From assembly GCA_030583685.1 (NCBI GenBank), contig CP129470.1, positions 635,412 to 699,411 of the forward strand: a stretch of 64,000 nt of DNA. The letters run 5' to 3'. A model generated the notes under the pieces. It saw nothing but the letters and a program-made list of their open reading frames with translations. It did not search any database and had not been told where the DNA came from. Each line of letters begins with the position of its first letter. Within the stretch, counting starts at the first letter, position 1. The DNA comes from Candidatus Dojkabacteria bacterium. Lineage in GTDB: Bacteria > Patescibacteriota > Dojkabacteria > GCA-002793355. The translations under genes were made by a program, and so were the position numbers. Positions 1 to 9,986 of the stretch are shown here, piece by piece.

Positions 1-8
1 CTGAGTGG

Positions 9-482
9 ATGACCTGGGATGCAGAATCACGACAACTCTCGGGGACAGTCCCGAAGATTGGCGGTATTTTTTCTGTTTCACTCCGCGCAACGTCAACCTC
101 AGGGGATGTTGCGGAGCAAAACTTCACGGTAACGATTGACGCGCAAGGAGAAGTAAAGGGAACAAAATCAATTGGTTTGTGGAAGGACCCATTCCATCCT
201 AATTTCGTTGACCAAGAACAACAGGTGCTTCTCCCCGGAAATTTTGAGAATGAGACACCGACTCCTCAGGGATTGGTGCAGCCGCCCGCAGTACTCGGAG
301 AAAAAACTGATGCACAGGCAACGAATTTTGTATCCAAACAGGTGGAGCAATACATACTAATTGGGTTAGTAGCAGTTTTGATTGTCGTTATCGGCTCGAT
401 TGTCCGCAGATTAATTACGCTCTCTCGAAGTAATAGGAGCAAATTACCACCAGGTGTAGTAATTGAACGTGGAAGACAATGA
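9..482 (+). CDS. C-terminal part of a surface protein (putative-Ig-like repeat, C-terminal TM anchor plus basic tail). The 5' end lies upstream of the window
   Basis: The ORF begins at the window edge. It has Ig-like repeat wording (LSGTVPKIGGIFSVSLRATSTSGDVAEQNFTVTID) similar to the large surface protein at 6701-9985. The C-terminal hydrophobic stretch LIGLVAVLIVVIGSIV is followed by an RR/K-rich tail. Confidence 0.5.
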   Translation: MTWDAESRQLSGTVPKIGGIFSVSLRATSTSGDVAEQNFTVTIDAQGEVKGTKSIGLWKDPFHPNFVDQEQQVLLPGNFENETPTPQGLVQPPAVLGEKTDAQATNFVSKQVEQYILIGLVAVLIVVIGSIVRRLITLSRSNRSKLPPGVVIERGRQ

Positions 483-892
483 TTTCCATACTCAGAAAAA
501 TTGGCAAAGTGACGGGAGTTTTGTCGCTTATTCTTCCGGTCATCATCATGATTTTGTGGTATACATATGTTCGCGAACAAGAAGGCTTGTATTCGGCAAA
601 AACAACTGAGAAGTTTGGCTGTGAGCCCTATGGCATGATCGTCAGTAGAGAGAAAGAGCGAATGGTTATCATGTGGGAGACGAAAGAGGAATGTTCAGGA
701 TTTCTCCTTCTTGGAACGTCATACGCAGAATTTAGTGGGCTTCCGTATAAGGTACTGTCAGAACAGGGAGAAGCACCAGCACGAAGTCATAAGGTAACGC
801 TCCTGAAACAGGATGAAATCGCATATCGGTATGCAATCATTGTATCGGCAGGAGAATGGTATGGAATATCAGGAAGACCAATTGAACTGTAA
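479..892 (+). CDS. hypothetical small membrane protein
   Basis: 137-aa ORF with an N-terminal hydrophobic helix (VLSLILPVIIMILWY). Its start overlaps the previous stop (ATGA). No recognisable motif. Confidence 0.35.
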   Translation: MISILRKIGKVTGVLSLILPVIIMILWYTYVREQEGLYSAKTTEKFGCEPYGMIVSREKERMVIMWETKEECSGFLLLGTSYAEFSGLPYKVLSEQGEAPARSHKVTLLKQDEIAYRYAIIVSAGEWYGISGRPIEL

Positions 893-998
893 CGCATTGA
901 GGCTAAAAAGGATCGTAAGTATGCGATTCAAACCCCCAAACCATAATGTCTTCTCCTCGTTTTGTCAGTTGCGGGAATCGCTTTATAGTTTCACCGTA

Positions 999-1925
999 TT
1001 AACTTGTGGCCAGTAATACTTCGAATCCAAATCCTTCATCTTCAAACTTCCCTGATTTTAGTGCGGTCTCTAAGTTAAATAGGCGTAGAAGTAATTTTTC
1101 TGCACGCTCCGAAGAGATACTGTTTGCTTGCGCTGAGCGGAGGAGGGAGTCGATATAAAAGGGGTGTTTCCCGAGTTTTTTGGCCATGGATGCGTTATCA
1201 TAGCCTTCACGTTTTGCTTGTAAGAGAACGAGTAGTAAGAGTATCGTGCTTTTGGTGAACGACATAATTTCATAGGACGACATTGTTTCAGAAAGTGATT
1301 GGAAGTATTTGTTTTGCTTTTTTTTGTTAGAAGAAAAAAAGTTCGCAAGAATCTCCCACTGGCTTGCCTTACCTTCTTGCATGGTGAGGATGTTTTTGAA
1401 AAATGCTGGTCGCTTTTGTTCAGGTTCTGAGGCTATTGCTTGTAGTTGGCGAAGCAGTGTCATGCAGCGAAGGGGAGATAATCTTTCTCTTCCTCCAAAG
1501 TCTTCAAGCATTAAGGGAAGGTATAATCGGGCAAGTTCTTCGCGTGTTGAAGTGATACCAAGGTCACGGAGGTTTTTGTCAATGAGGGATTTCAGTGTTG
1601 CATCACCAATTTTTTCTTTGACAAGAGACACCGTAGTCGGAATCTTTGTTGGTAGTTTCCCAACGGTGGAAACTACATAGATATCTTGTGAATAAGAGAG
1701 CATGAGTGAAAAAATGTCCTTTGTTACCTCTACAGAGTGGGCGACGATTATTTTGTCTGCAGAGAAAAACGTTACGGTGTTGAGTTCCTGGAGTAATTTT
1801 GCTTTTCCTGTCTCTGTATCAGCATGGAGAATTAATAGTTGTTGTTCTTTTGGTAATTTATTCTTTACATGAAACCAATGGAACAAATCTGATTCTCTGT
1901 CTCCTGTGGAAAGTATTGTAACCAT
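999..1925 (-). CDS. DNA polymerase III delta-subunit-like (HolA-like) protein
   Basis: 308 aa with helical clamp-loader-like organisation. Position and size fit holA. The motif match is weak. Confidence 0.4.
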   Translation of the reverse strand: MVTILSTGDRESDLFHWFHVKNKLPKEQQLLILHADTETGKAKLLQELNTVTFFSADKIIVAHSVEVTKDIFSLMLSYSQDIYVVSTVGKLPTKIPTTVSLVKEKIGDATLKSLIDKNLRDLGITSTREELARLYLPLMLEDFGGRERLSPLRCMTLLRQLQAIASEPEQKRPAFFKNILTMQEGKASQWEILANFFSSNKKKQNKYFQSLSETMSSYEIMSFTKSTILLLLVLLQAKREGYDNASMAKKLGKHPFYIDSLLRSAQANSISSERAEKLLLRLFNLETALKSGKFEDEGFGFEVLLATS

Positions 1926-1928
1926 GAC

Positions 1929-3341
1929 CTATTTACCCATAACTATGACAATTGCAGTGTCTTTCGGTTTGGGAACAGAAATTGTTTCGTCGACTGTAAT
2001 GTACGGTAATTTTTGGCTCGTTGCTAAATACTGGGCTGCGGTTTCTGATGAAGTGCCTCCAATGTTATACACACCAGGTTCTGGTAAGTCTTTCGGCGTT
2101 CCTCCGTTGACGAAGTTTGTATAGTAATAGCGATTGCGAAGATTGTTGTAGACCGTTAGATAATTCTCTTTGCCTTTGTTATAGACGGTAACATTTTTAT
2201 CAAGCGTTACGAGACCAGGAAATGCCGCATAATCCTTTAGAAATGCTTTTACTTGCGACCAGTTGTTTCGACCTGCGGAGGGTTCAATCGTGTATAACGT
2301 GCTTTGGCCTCGAGTGATGAGTCTGCCATACCGTCCTCCTGCACTCGGATCGAGTACCAGAGAGAAGGTTGCGGGCTTACCTTTCTTCGCAAGAAGGGAA
2401 AGGCCAGCTTCAACGTCTTCTGGGGTGACACGATTCACTTTAATATGACTGGCGACGGTACTCATAATTTCAAAAATTGCTTGAGTATTCTGGAGTGTTT
2501 CTACTTTTGTTGCTTTATCGACGACCGCTTGAATGACTTTTTGTTGTCTTCTTGCTCGAGCAAAGTCTGATGCTTCACTTCCTGGGTAGGCAAAGCGAAT
2601 TCTCGAGAATTGGAGCGCTCGTTCTCCATTCATTTTGTTAACCCCTTTTGGAAAAGTAACACGAATCCAGCGATGGTTAGGTGTTGGATAATCTCCGGAA
2701 AATGCAGTGTCAACTGATACTTCAATGCCACCCAATTGGTCAATAATGGTCGTAAATCCTTTTAGGTCAACCATCACATGGTAGTGAATTTTTTGTCCTG
2801 AGATCGATTCAATGAGCTGTTTCAGATATTCGATTCCTGCACCAGACTTTCGAAGTTCCCCGTATGCATAAGTGGCATTTATCTTTCCGAAACTTGGGGT
2901 TCCGGGGTAATTAACCGTAAGGTCACGAGGAAAGGAAACCATGGCGACCTCGTTTGTCTTGTGGTTATAGGAGGCGAGAATAATGGTATCGGTGTTCAAG
3001 AGTCTACTCCCTTTTTCTCGAGTGTCGATACCGACAATTAACGCATTGGTAAAGCCATTCGCGTCTGTTCTGAGTGTCGGTTCTCTTTTCATGGATTCAA
3101 AGGCGGCCGAATTGCCGTTTACGGTGAAGTTGGCCGCCTTAAAAAACGGTTGTAGAATGGCAGAACTCACCATAATGAGGTAAGGTACGAGTGCGACAAT
3201 AATACCGACAGGAACAAGAAAAGCGAAAACTTTTACAATCCCAGATACAAAGAGAGATCGTTTTTTCTGATTTACAGGTGAGTCATCAGTGTCAAGCTTG
3301 GTTGGATTGACGGAGTGCTTTTTTATCGAGGTGAGCTTCAT
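1929..3341 (-). CDS. LytR-CpsA-Psr (LCP) family cell-wall polymer transferase
   Basis: N-terminal TM helix followed by the LCP core NALIVGIDTREKGSRLLNTDTIILASYN...VSFPRDL, which matches the LCP signature (R..D..D ... SIPRD). Confidence 0.7.
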   Translation of the reverse strand: MKLTSIKKHSVNPTKLDTDDSPVNQKKRSLFVSGIVKVFAFLVPVGIIVALVPYLIMVSSAILQPFFKAANFTVNGNSAAFESMKREPTLRTDANGFTNALIVGIDTREKGSRLLNTDTIILASYNHKTNEVAMVSFPRDLTVNYPGTPSFGKINATYAYGELRKSGAGIEYLKQLIESISGQKIHYHVMVDLKGFTTIIDQLGGIEVSVDTAFSGDYPTPNHRWIRVTFPKGVNKMNGERALQFSRIRFAYPGSEASDFARARRQQKVIQAVVDKATKVETLQNTQAIFEIMSTVASHIKVNRVTPEDVEAGLSLLAKKGKPATFSLVLDPSAGGRYGRLITRGQSTLYTIEPSAGRNNWSQVKAFLKDYAAFPGLVTLDKNVTVYNKGKENYLTVYNNLRNRYYYTNFVNGGTPKDLPEPGVYNIGGTSSETAAQYLATSQKLPYITVDETISVPKPKDTAIVIVMGK

Positions 3342-3359
3342 GATTGCATTCTCGCATAC

Positions 3360-4472
3360 TTAGGGACGCAAATACAAGGAGATATTTCTGTTGTGCTCTT
3401 CGATAGTTCTTCCATATCTAATGTTCCCATCGAGCCCATGAAGATAGAACCAATAGGCACTTTCCTTTGGTTCTAGGACTGCCCGAATACTCTCAAGACC
3501 AGGATTACAAATGGGGGTCGGGGGAAGCCCAAGATGCTTGTAGGTATTGAATGCAGAGTTGCTTGCTTTATCTTGAAGCGTAATGGGCGCTTTCCAATCC
3601 TTTTTATCATACAAAAAAGTTGCGTCAACCTGAAGTAGCCAGTTGTTTTTATACCGTTTTTCGAGGATACCCGCCACCATTTGTTTTTCTTCAAAGGATT
3701 TTCCTGCTTCCTTCTCAATGATGGACGCCATGACGAGAACTTGGTATGGCGTGAATGTTTTCGAACCATCAAGTGGCGCGGTTGTGGTAGTTTTCCTGCT
3801 AAACGTACTGGTTAAGATGTCTATGATCTCTTTTGCCGTGGCGTTTTTTGCAAATTCGTAGGTGTCTGGAAAAAGGAACCCTTCCAAGCTCTTTGCTCCT
3901 TGAGTATGGGGAAGGGAAGCGATGTACTCTTTGTCTTCTGTCAAGCCAAGGAACTCTGTTTTAGAAAATTTTTTGACTTCATTATCTTTACTCATTCCAG
4001 TATCAATTCTTTCTGCAATTTCGTCCATTCTGAGTCCTTCTGGAATCGTAATTCTTACCGTAGGAATTCGAGAATTTTGCAAGAGTGGTACGACCTGTTC
4101 CAGAGTAACAGGGAGCTGAATTTCATAATATCCCGCCTGGATCTTGTTTCCAGCTTCAATCTTACGGATATAACAGAAGAAGTCAGTTGCGCTGTGAATG
4201 ACGCCTTTTTTCTCTAAATCTTTCCCAATTGTGAGTGGATCTTCTCCCGGAGTAATGGTAATCATTGCGATACCTTGCTTTGTCCCCATACGTGAAATTA
4301 CCGTAGGATTCCAGTAACAGCGGTACAGAGTTAACCTACTTTGCACCAAAGGATGTGAATAGGCAAGATACCCTCCGACACCAATGAGTACAAAAAGTGT
4401 GAGCATTATCATAAGAAAGGGACTCTTTTTTCTTGCTGGTTCTTTTATAATTTTTCCAGAGTAAAATGCCAT
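3360..4472 (-). CDS. mltG: YceG/MltG-like endolytic murein transglycosylase
   Basis: 370 aa with an N-terminal TM helix and a YceG-like core (GYYEI motif region). Sits beside the yqgF-like gene, as in many bacteria. Confidence 0.5.
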   Translation of the reverse strand: MAFYSGKIIKEPARKKSPFLMIMLTLFVLIGVGGYLAYSHPLVQSRLTLYRCYWNPTVISRMGTKQGIAMITITPGEDPLTIGKDLEKKGVIHSATDFFCYIRKIEAGNKIQAGYYEIQLPVTLEQVVPLLQNSRIPTVRITIPEGLRMDEIAERIDTGMSKDNEVKKFSKTEFLGLTEDKEYIASLPHTQGAKSLEGFLFPDTYEFAKNATAKEIIDILTSTFSRKTTTTAPLDGSKTFTPYQVLVMASIIEKEAGKSFEEKQMVAGILEKRYKNNWLLQVDATFLYDKKDWKAPITLQDKASNSAFNTYKHLGLPPTPICNPGLESIRAVLEPKESAYWFYLHGLDGNIRYGRTIEEHNRNISLYLRP

Positions 4473-4475
4473 ACG

Positions 4476-4868
4476 TTATGCAGTCATGTTAAATGTTTCT
4501 GTTTGCCACTGTTCTAATATTGCAACGGCACTCAGTGAGTCCAGGTTTTTTTCCTGTTTAGGTGAGTTGATTTGAGACTTGATGCCAAGTGACGTATTGT
4601 CTTCGTTCACATACTGAATAGTCAAGTCCTTTTGTAAAAAGAGTTCAAAATTTTGTACAAAACGCTTTACCTTTTTCTGCGTTGTCTCGTAAGATGGCAT
4701 TCCCACAACAATTATTTCAACTCGATAATCCGAGACTATCTTAACAAGATGAAGAAAGAGATGACGATCATTTTTGACGACGGGAAGAGGACTGATAACG
4801 GTAGACGTTGCTTCAAGTAACGCAAGCCCAACCTTCTTCGTTCCAAAATCAATTCCAAGTACCATCAT
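4476..4868 (-). CDS. ruvX: YqgF/RuvX-like putative Holliday junction resolvase / pre-16S rRNA nuclease
   Basis: N-terminus MMVLGIDFGTKKVGLAL matches the YqgF RNase-H-fold signature (LGiDfGtkriGvA). 130 aa. Confidence 0.75.
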   Translation of the reverse strand: MMVLGIDFGTKKVGLALLEATSTVISPLPVVKNDRHLFLHLVKIVSDYRVEIIVVGMPSYETTQKKVKRFVQNFELFLQKDLTIQYVNEDNTSLGIKSQINSPKQEKNLDSLSAVAILEQWQTETFNMTA

Positions 4869-4871
4869 AGC

Positions 4872-6683
4872 CTATTCTAACACTCCTTTGACTCTGAGAA
4901 TGCCATTCCCGATTTTTTCTTGTTTGGTAATTTTGAACGTTCCCTTTATGTCACCTGTGTTTTTGACATGAGGGCCATTACAAAGCTCTTGAGAGAAAAG
5001 TGTGTCTCCCTCGCCTATACGATACACTTTAACGATTGAGGCATATTTTCCCTCGAATGCTGCAAATGGTACGAGTACTAATGCTTTCTCGCGTTCCATT
5101 TCAGTATAGGAGACGGGAAGAGCAGCAGCAATTTGTTCATTCACTAATTGTTCAACTGCAGAAATTTGCTCAGGAGAAAGTTTATCTGGGTTCGGAAAAT
5201 CAAATCGCAACCGTTCTGGTGTAATATTACTCCCTTTTTGGTAGATATGTTCACCGATGAGCTTCCTGAGTGCTGCGAGGAGTAAGTGGGTTGTGGTGTG
5301 GTAATGCGTTGATTTCTCAGAGGTGTCTGCAAGTCCTCCAGCGAACAGTCCTTGCGTTGCCGTTCTGGATTTCTCTTGGTGGTCTTTTACTTTTAAGGCA
5401 TGATTATTCCAGAATAGCGTTGTATCAACAGCAACACCAAGTGTTTGTAACTCCTCAAGAAACATTTCAGGAGGAAACCCATAGGATTCGTAGACAAAAA
5501 AGGACTCACCATTATCGTTCGTAAAGGTTTTATTTGCATAAGTATTGGCGATTTTTGAAACTTGCGAGATTCCTGTTCGTAAGGTATTTCTAAATTTCTT
5601 TTCTTCTTGCTCCATAACGGAGAGGATATGTTCTTCTTGTTCTGTTAATTGTGGGTAAATTGGTGAAAACTGAGTAATTGCAATCTTCCCTAATTCTCGC
5701 ATGAAGGGTTTTTCAATACCCATTTGCATTCCGTGGCGAATGGCTCGTCTGATAATACGTCTGAGGACATATTCCTTTTCTGTTTTGCCTGGCTCCACAC
5801 CGTCCATGATCATCCAAGTCGCAGTTTTGACGTGATCAATAATAACGCGGATTGATTTTTGATTGGGACGTGTTGCAAGCGCTTGTGCACCATCACCTAT
5901 TGGTTTGTAAATATCTGTATCATGATAACTCTCTACTTGTTGTAGTAAAATGACAATTCTGTCGAGGCCTCCTCCAAAATCTACATTTTTTCTTGCGAGA
6001 GGAGTAAATGTTCCCTCTTTGTTTAAAAATTCCATGAAAACATTATTTCCAATCTCTATGTATTTCCCACAATCACAATTGACATGGCAGTCTTTACCAC
6101 ATGCGTCTTTACCCGTATCGTAAAATATTTCTGACGTAGTCCCACAAGGGCCACCTCCAGGCAATCCCCACCAGTTTTTACTTTTTCCATAGAGTTGAAT
6201 TCTTTCACCTTTCCCGACTTTTGCGTCAATTCCGTACGTAGTAAATATTTTCTTGAGAATATCGATAGATTCTGTATCAAGTGCGGCATCGCTGTCTCCT
6301 TCAAAAACAGTGGCGTACAAGCGCTCTATGGGAATCTCTAATTTTTCAACGAAAAATTCGTAGGTTTGAGTGAGTGCTTGTTCTTTAAAATAATCCCCAA
6401 GCGACCAATTTCCGATCATCTCAAATGCAGTCGCATGAGAAGCATCACCAACTTCTTCAAGATCTTCAGTCCTGACACATCGCTGAACATTCACAAGTCT
6501 TGTTCCGAGTGGGTGATCTTCGCCTAAAAGAAAAGGGACAAGTGGAAACATGCCGGAGTTGACAAAGAGGAGTGTCGGGTCGTTTTCAGGAACGAGAGAG
6601 GCATTCGGAACTTCTTTGTGTCCATTGCTTTTTAAAAAGTTGAGGTATGCATTTCTGACCTCGAGATATGTCAGGTATTTCAT
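4872..6683 (-). CDS. alaS: alanyl-tRNA synthetase, short form with catalytic and editing domains and no C-Ala domain
   Basis: N-terminus LVPENDPTLLFVNSGM matches the AlaRS class-II core. The editing-domain zinc motif HTTTHLL (HxxxH) is present. 603 aa against about 870 aa for canonical AlaRS. Confidence 0.85.
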   Translation of the reverse strand: MKYLTYLEVRNAYLNFLKSNGHKEVPNASLVPENDPTLLFVNSGMFPLVPFLLGEDHPLGTRLVNVQRCVRTEDLEEVGDASHATAFEMIGNWSLGDYFKEQALTQTYEFFVEKLEIPIERLYATVFEGDSDAALDTESIDILKKIFTTYGIDAKVGKGERIQLYGKSKNWWGLPGGGPCGTTSEIFYDTGKDACGKDCHVNCDCGKYIEIGNNVFMEFLNKEGTFTPLARKNVDFGGGLDRIVILLQQVESYHDTDIYKPIGDGAQALATRPNQKSIRVIIDHVKTATWMIMDGVEPGKTEKEYVLRRIIRRAIRHGMQMGIEKPFMRELGKIAITQFSPIYPQLTEQEEHILSVMEQEEKKFRNTLRTGISQVSKIANTYANKTFTNDNGESFFVYESYGFPPEMFLEELQTLGVAVDTTLFWNNHALKVKDHQEKSRTATQGLFAGGLADTSEKSTHYHTTTHLLLAALRKLIGEHIYQKGSNITPERLRFDFPNPDKLSPEQISAVEQLVNEQIAAALPVSYTEMEREKALVLVPFAAFEGKYASIVKVYRIGEGDTLFSQELCNGPHVKNTGDIKGTFKITKQEKIGNGILRVKGVLE

Positions 6684-6700
6684 GGGTAATTATATCACCT

Positions 6701-9700
6701 TTACAGTGGAAGCGCAGGAGATTCGGGTGGCAACACTTCGGTAGATTTGGTGGGTAACGTTGGTGGAGCAGGTGGTTGCTGCGCGGGTGTGGGTTGTACT
6801 GGTTTTTGATCAGGTATGCGAGACTGAGCTTGGGTAGGTGCTGGTGTCTGTGGAACCAATGGCTGCCGTTGAGGGGTTGGAGTTGACTGAGGTGCCCCTG
6901 TTTTTGGTTGAGGGGGAGTATCTGGTTGGTTTGGTGCTGCAGGTGGTTGGATCGGTTTTTGAGGTGCCGGTGGTACTGGAGGCTTGGCCATTTGATTCAT
7001 TGGTTGTGGAGCCGGTGATTTTGGCTGCGTTGCTGGAGAGGTATTGTTTTGTTTCGGCCCGCTCACAAAGGAGGCTTGCGCGACAAAGTTAGCAATTGGA
7101 TCGACTTTTGGCGTGTCACTTGGTTTCGTGGGTGTTTGAATATCGGGTTGCGTCTTAGGGACGGAGGGAACCTTATGGTCAAGTGGTTGCTTTGGTGGAA
7201 CCGTAGGTGGCTGTGGTTTTGGTGTTTCAGGAGCAATTGGTGCGGGCACAGAAGGAACAGGTGCTGGTGTTTCTGGCGCTGGTGCAGGTTGAGGGCGCAC
7301 CTCTAGGGTAGGAATATATGCTGTGGTGGTTGGTGAATTTGCTGGTTGTGTGGCAAAAGAAGTAGTTGGCGTGCGAAGTCCTGACGTTGGAGGAGGTGCA
7401 ATCGGAGTAACAGGACGTTTTACTGCAGGAAAATCATTCTTTTCAGAATTCCTGTGCGCGAAGTAAAGGATAATTGGAAGTAGGGCAATTATTGCAAGTA
7501 AGATGAGCCCTGCGAGGAAAATCGTATAATAGCCCTTTTTAATAGTGAAACCGAAAAAATCAACATAGTCGTTATCCTGTGCTGAGGAGTCCACGATAGT
7601 AAAGGTGAGGGATACTTCTTTACTTTTTTCTACTGAATCCTTTGCGGTCACTGCAAGTTGATGAACACCAGGTTCTAACAAGACCGTAGGTTTGTAATTA
7701 GCCGTAAGTGTTTTACCAGAATTTGCGGAGTAGGTGAGCTGACCTGAAATATCTAACCCATCAAGTAACACTGAGACTCCCTCCTTTGTCACTTCTCCTT
7801 GTGAAGACGCGGAAACTGACATGACGAGTTGAAATTCTTCAGCGGTGACCTCAGCTTGATTGAGGGGTGAGGTGATTTGAATACTTAATTCGTCTGGTTG
7901 AGGTTCTTCGGAGGGTATTGTCGGTAAAACCGTTACTGAAGCAGTAGGAGTTGGTGTTGGTGTACTGGTTCCAGATGGTGTTGCTGTTGGAGCAGGAGTG
8001 CTGGTCGGCTTTGGTTTTGGCAATATTCGAACTAGCGCAGTATACCCACTTCCTGTCGCTGGAGGACTAAACCCATCGGTCGCAGTGACAATGAAATAGT
8101 AATCTCCTGGTGGAATAGAAGAAGTGTTAATTGAGAGCCCTCTGGTGTTGTACGAAACATTGTTATTGTAGGTGGTACGCGATGTTGAGTTAAGATTTTT
8201 CGTGTAGTAAATTCCGAAAGAAACAACTTGATGTCTATCGGTAACATCCCAACTTAGCTGAAAATTATTCCCTTGAGTTCTAGTCAATCCAACTGTTGGC
8301 GTAATAATTTGTACTCTAGGAATATCGTTATTTGGATAGTCAACGTTGATTACCCAGGTTCTCGTTATATAATGGCCATAGCCATCGTTAATTGATACGG
8401 AAAAAAGATTACTTCCTGCATGCTGACTCGTTGGTGTTCCCGTGAACTGAATCGAGTACTCAGATTCACCACCGGCACCAACAGAAGAAGTTACTGCAAC
8501 TGCAGCCCATCCTGGCTTTGTAACGATGGTATGTTGCAGTGGATCTCCATCTAAATCCTTTGCACGTAAGGTAAACGAGTAGGATATTCCATAGACGAAG
8601 GAAACTGACGGTGATGACCCCCCACTTGCTGGCGGAGCCATGGGATCAGAAACAAAGGTTGGCGCTCGATTTTCTCCAACATTAACCTGGGCAGATACTG
8701 CTGCGAAAACTCGTTTAATAGTTAATTCGGTAGCGTGTCTGAGAAGACTTGAGAGAGAAATCGCTGGATTGGTAAATTCACACGTAAATACCTTTCCGCT
8801 TTTTGTGGTGATACTTGCTTTGCCGGTGTATGTGCCTTCAGAAAACTTGTAGAGGAGCGCTGGACGGCTGTTCTGATCAAGAATGATATTGGTCGGTTCA
8901 TTTGCAAACTCGTAGTTAAATTCTTTTTCAACAGCGTTGTTTCTTTCGAGGGTCACTTGAGCACTTACCATTGGTTCGGAACTTTCTGCCACAATGACCA
9001 GTGGTGTTGTGACGCGATAATCGAGGAGTTTGACCGTCAGTGCCGGAGTAAACGTGCAAGACACAATTGCGGTGTTAGTTTGCAGCACATAGAGTAAGAA
9101 TGTTTGTGTCGAAACACTTTTTCCGTCATTTGCGAAAAGTGATATTTCGTAAGGTTTCTCTCGATAGACGGGATCTTTCCATGTCAATATGTTGCCCTCA
9201 AGGAGTATTCCTTCTGGAGTGGTAGGATTCTTTGTACAGAATGTTGTTTCAGGGCAAGTCAGCGTATAGGTAATAAGATCTCCGTCGGCATCAGTTGCCT
9301 CAAAAGAATAGGCATATTCTTGTTTTTCGGTGGCATATTTCTCTGGCCGAGTAACAAATTGTGGGGCTTGGTTTCTTACATATTCCCCCAGGTTAAGTGT
9401 TGGAAGAATTGTTTTCTCATTCCACAGCGTCGCGCTTTCTGCATCGGAAGCACCAATTATGGTCACTTGGATAGGACGTTGTTGCTCAGTTAACGTTTCT
9501 AGCAATACACCGTTGACGGTAAAAGAAATGGTTGCTGCAGAAATCATACCCAGTTCGCAAGTTTTATCTTTTGCACAAGTTTCCGGATACAATGCGTCTT
9601 TCGTGAGTGGCGTCGTCATTGTAGCAGGGTAAACAAGAAATCCATTTTGAAACTCACTTACTCGAAGCATTCGTTGGTCTTGCAGTTGTATGCCTTTAAT

Positions 9701-9985
9701 ATCAACTTTTGTTGTGTCGAATTCTATGAATGCTGCATAATAACCCAGCGGAATTCGTTGCGGCGCACTGGTTGACACTTTTACTGAAAACGGTGCTCCT
9801 TTCGCAATATTTGCAGAACTTTCTGTTTCAACAAGAAACGTTGCTTCGTTTTGTTGAAGCGGTTTTGCAAAGGCCTGGTTAATCAGTGTTGAGAGATTGG
9901 TAAACCCAACAATTGCAGTGGGAAGAACCAAAAGCATGAAAAGGGATGCAAGAGTCAAAGTTTGGCGCAGTCTTTGTTGTTTCAC
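6701..9985 (-). CDS. giant cell-surface protein: signal peptide, multiple Ig-like/adhesin-type domains, single TM, then a roughly 330-aa Pro/Thr/Gln-rich C-terminal tail
   Basis: Signal-like N-terminus (LASLFMLLVLPTAIVG). DADGD-containing putative-Ig repeats. A PT-rich linker (PKPKPTSTPAPTATPSGTSTPTPTPT). TM helix YYTIFLAGLILLAIIALLPIILYF followed by a long P/Q/T-rich tail. Last gene of the sortase operon. Confidence 0.8.
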   Translation of the reverse strand: MKQQRLRQTLTLASLFMLLVLPTAIVGFTNLSTLINQAFAKPLQQNEATFLVETESSANIAKGAPFSVKVSTSAPQRIPLGYYAAFIEFDTTKVDIKGIQLQDQRMLRVSEFQNGFLVYPATMTTPLTKDALYPETCAKDKTCELGMISAATISFTVNGVLLETLTEQQRPIQVTIIGASDAESATLWNEKTILPTLNLGEYVRNQAPQFVTRPEKYATEKQEYAYSFEATDADGDLITYTLTCPETTFCTKNPTTPEGILLEGNILTWKDPVYREKPYEISLFANDGKSVSTQTFLLYVLQTNTAIVSCTFTPALTVKLLDYRVTTPLVIVAESSEPMVSAQVTLERNNAVEKEFNYEFANEPTNIILDQNSRPALLYKFSEGTYTGKASITTKSGKVFTCEFTNPAISLSSLLRHATELTIKRVFAAVSAQVNVGENRAPTFVSDPMAPPASGGSSPSVSFVYGISYSFTLRAKDLDGDPLQHTIVTKPGWAAVAVTSSVGAGGESEYSIQFTGTPTSQHAGSNLFSVSINDGYGHYITRTWVINVDYPNNDIPRVQIITPTVGLTRTQGNNFQLSWDVTDRHQVVSFGIYYTKNLNSTSRTTYNNNVSYNTRGLSINTSSIPPGDYYFIVTATDGFSPPATGSGYTALVRILPKPKPTSTPAPTATPSGTSTPTPTPTASVTVLPTIPSEEPQPDELSIQITSPLNQAEVTAEEFQLVMSVSASSQGEVTKEGVSVLLDGLDISGQLTYSANSGKTLTANYKPTVLLEPGVHQLAVTAKDSVEKSKEVSLTFTIVDSSAQDNDYVDFFGFTIKKGYYTIFLAGLILLAIIALLPIILYFAHRNSEKNDFPAVKRPVTPIAPPPTSGLRTPTTSFATQPANSPTTTAYIPTLEVRPQPAPAPETPAPVPSVPAPIAPETPKPQPPTVPPKQPLDHKVPSVPKTQPDIQTPTKPSDTPKVDPIANFVAQASFVSGPKQNNTSPATQPKSPAPQPMNQMAKPPVPPAPQKPIQPPAAPNQPDTPPQPKTGAPQSTPTPQRQPLVPQTPAPTQAQSRIPDQKPVQPTPAQQPPAPPTLPTKSTEVLPPESPALPL

Positions 9986-9986
9986 G

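Noticed and set aside
900-960. tRNA-like T-arm sequence (gggggtttgaatcgc on the reverse strand) in the 892-999 intergenic region
   Set aside because: No complementary T-stem, no acceptor stem/CCA context and no anticodon arm could be built. Only a chance GTTTGAATC resemblance.
6701-7450. Repetitive Pro/Thr/Gln codon tracts that look superficially like a repeat array
   Set aside because: The repeats are in-frame codon-level low complexity inside a long ORF with a clear TM helix, not spacer-repeat units. No CRISPR-like direct repeats of constant length were seen.
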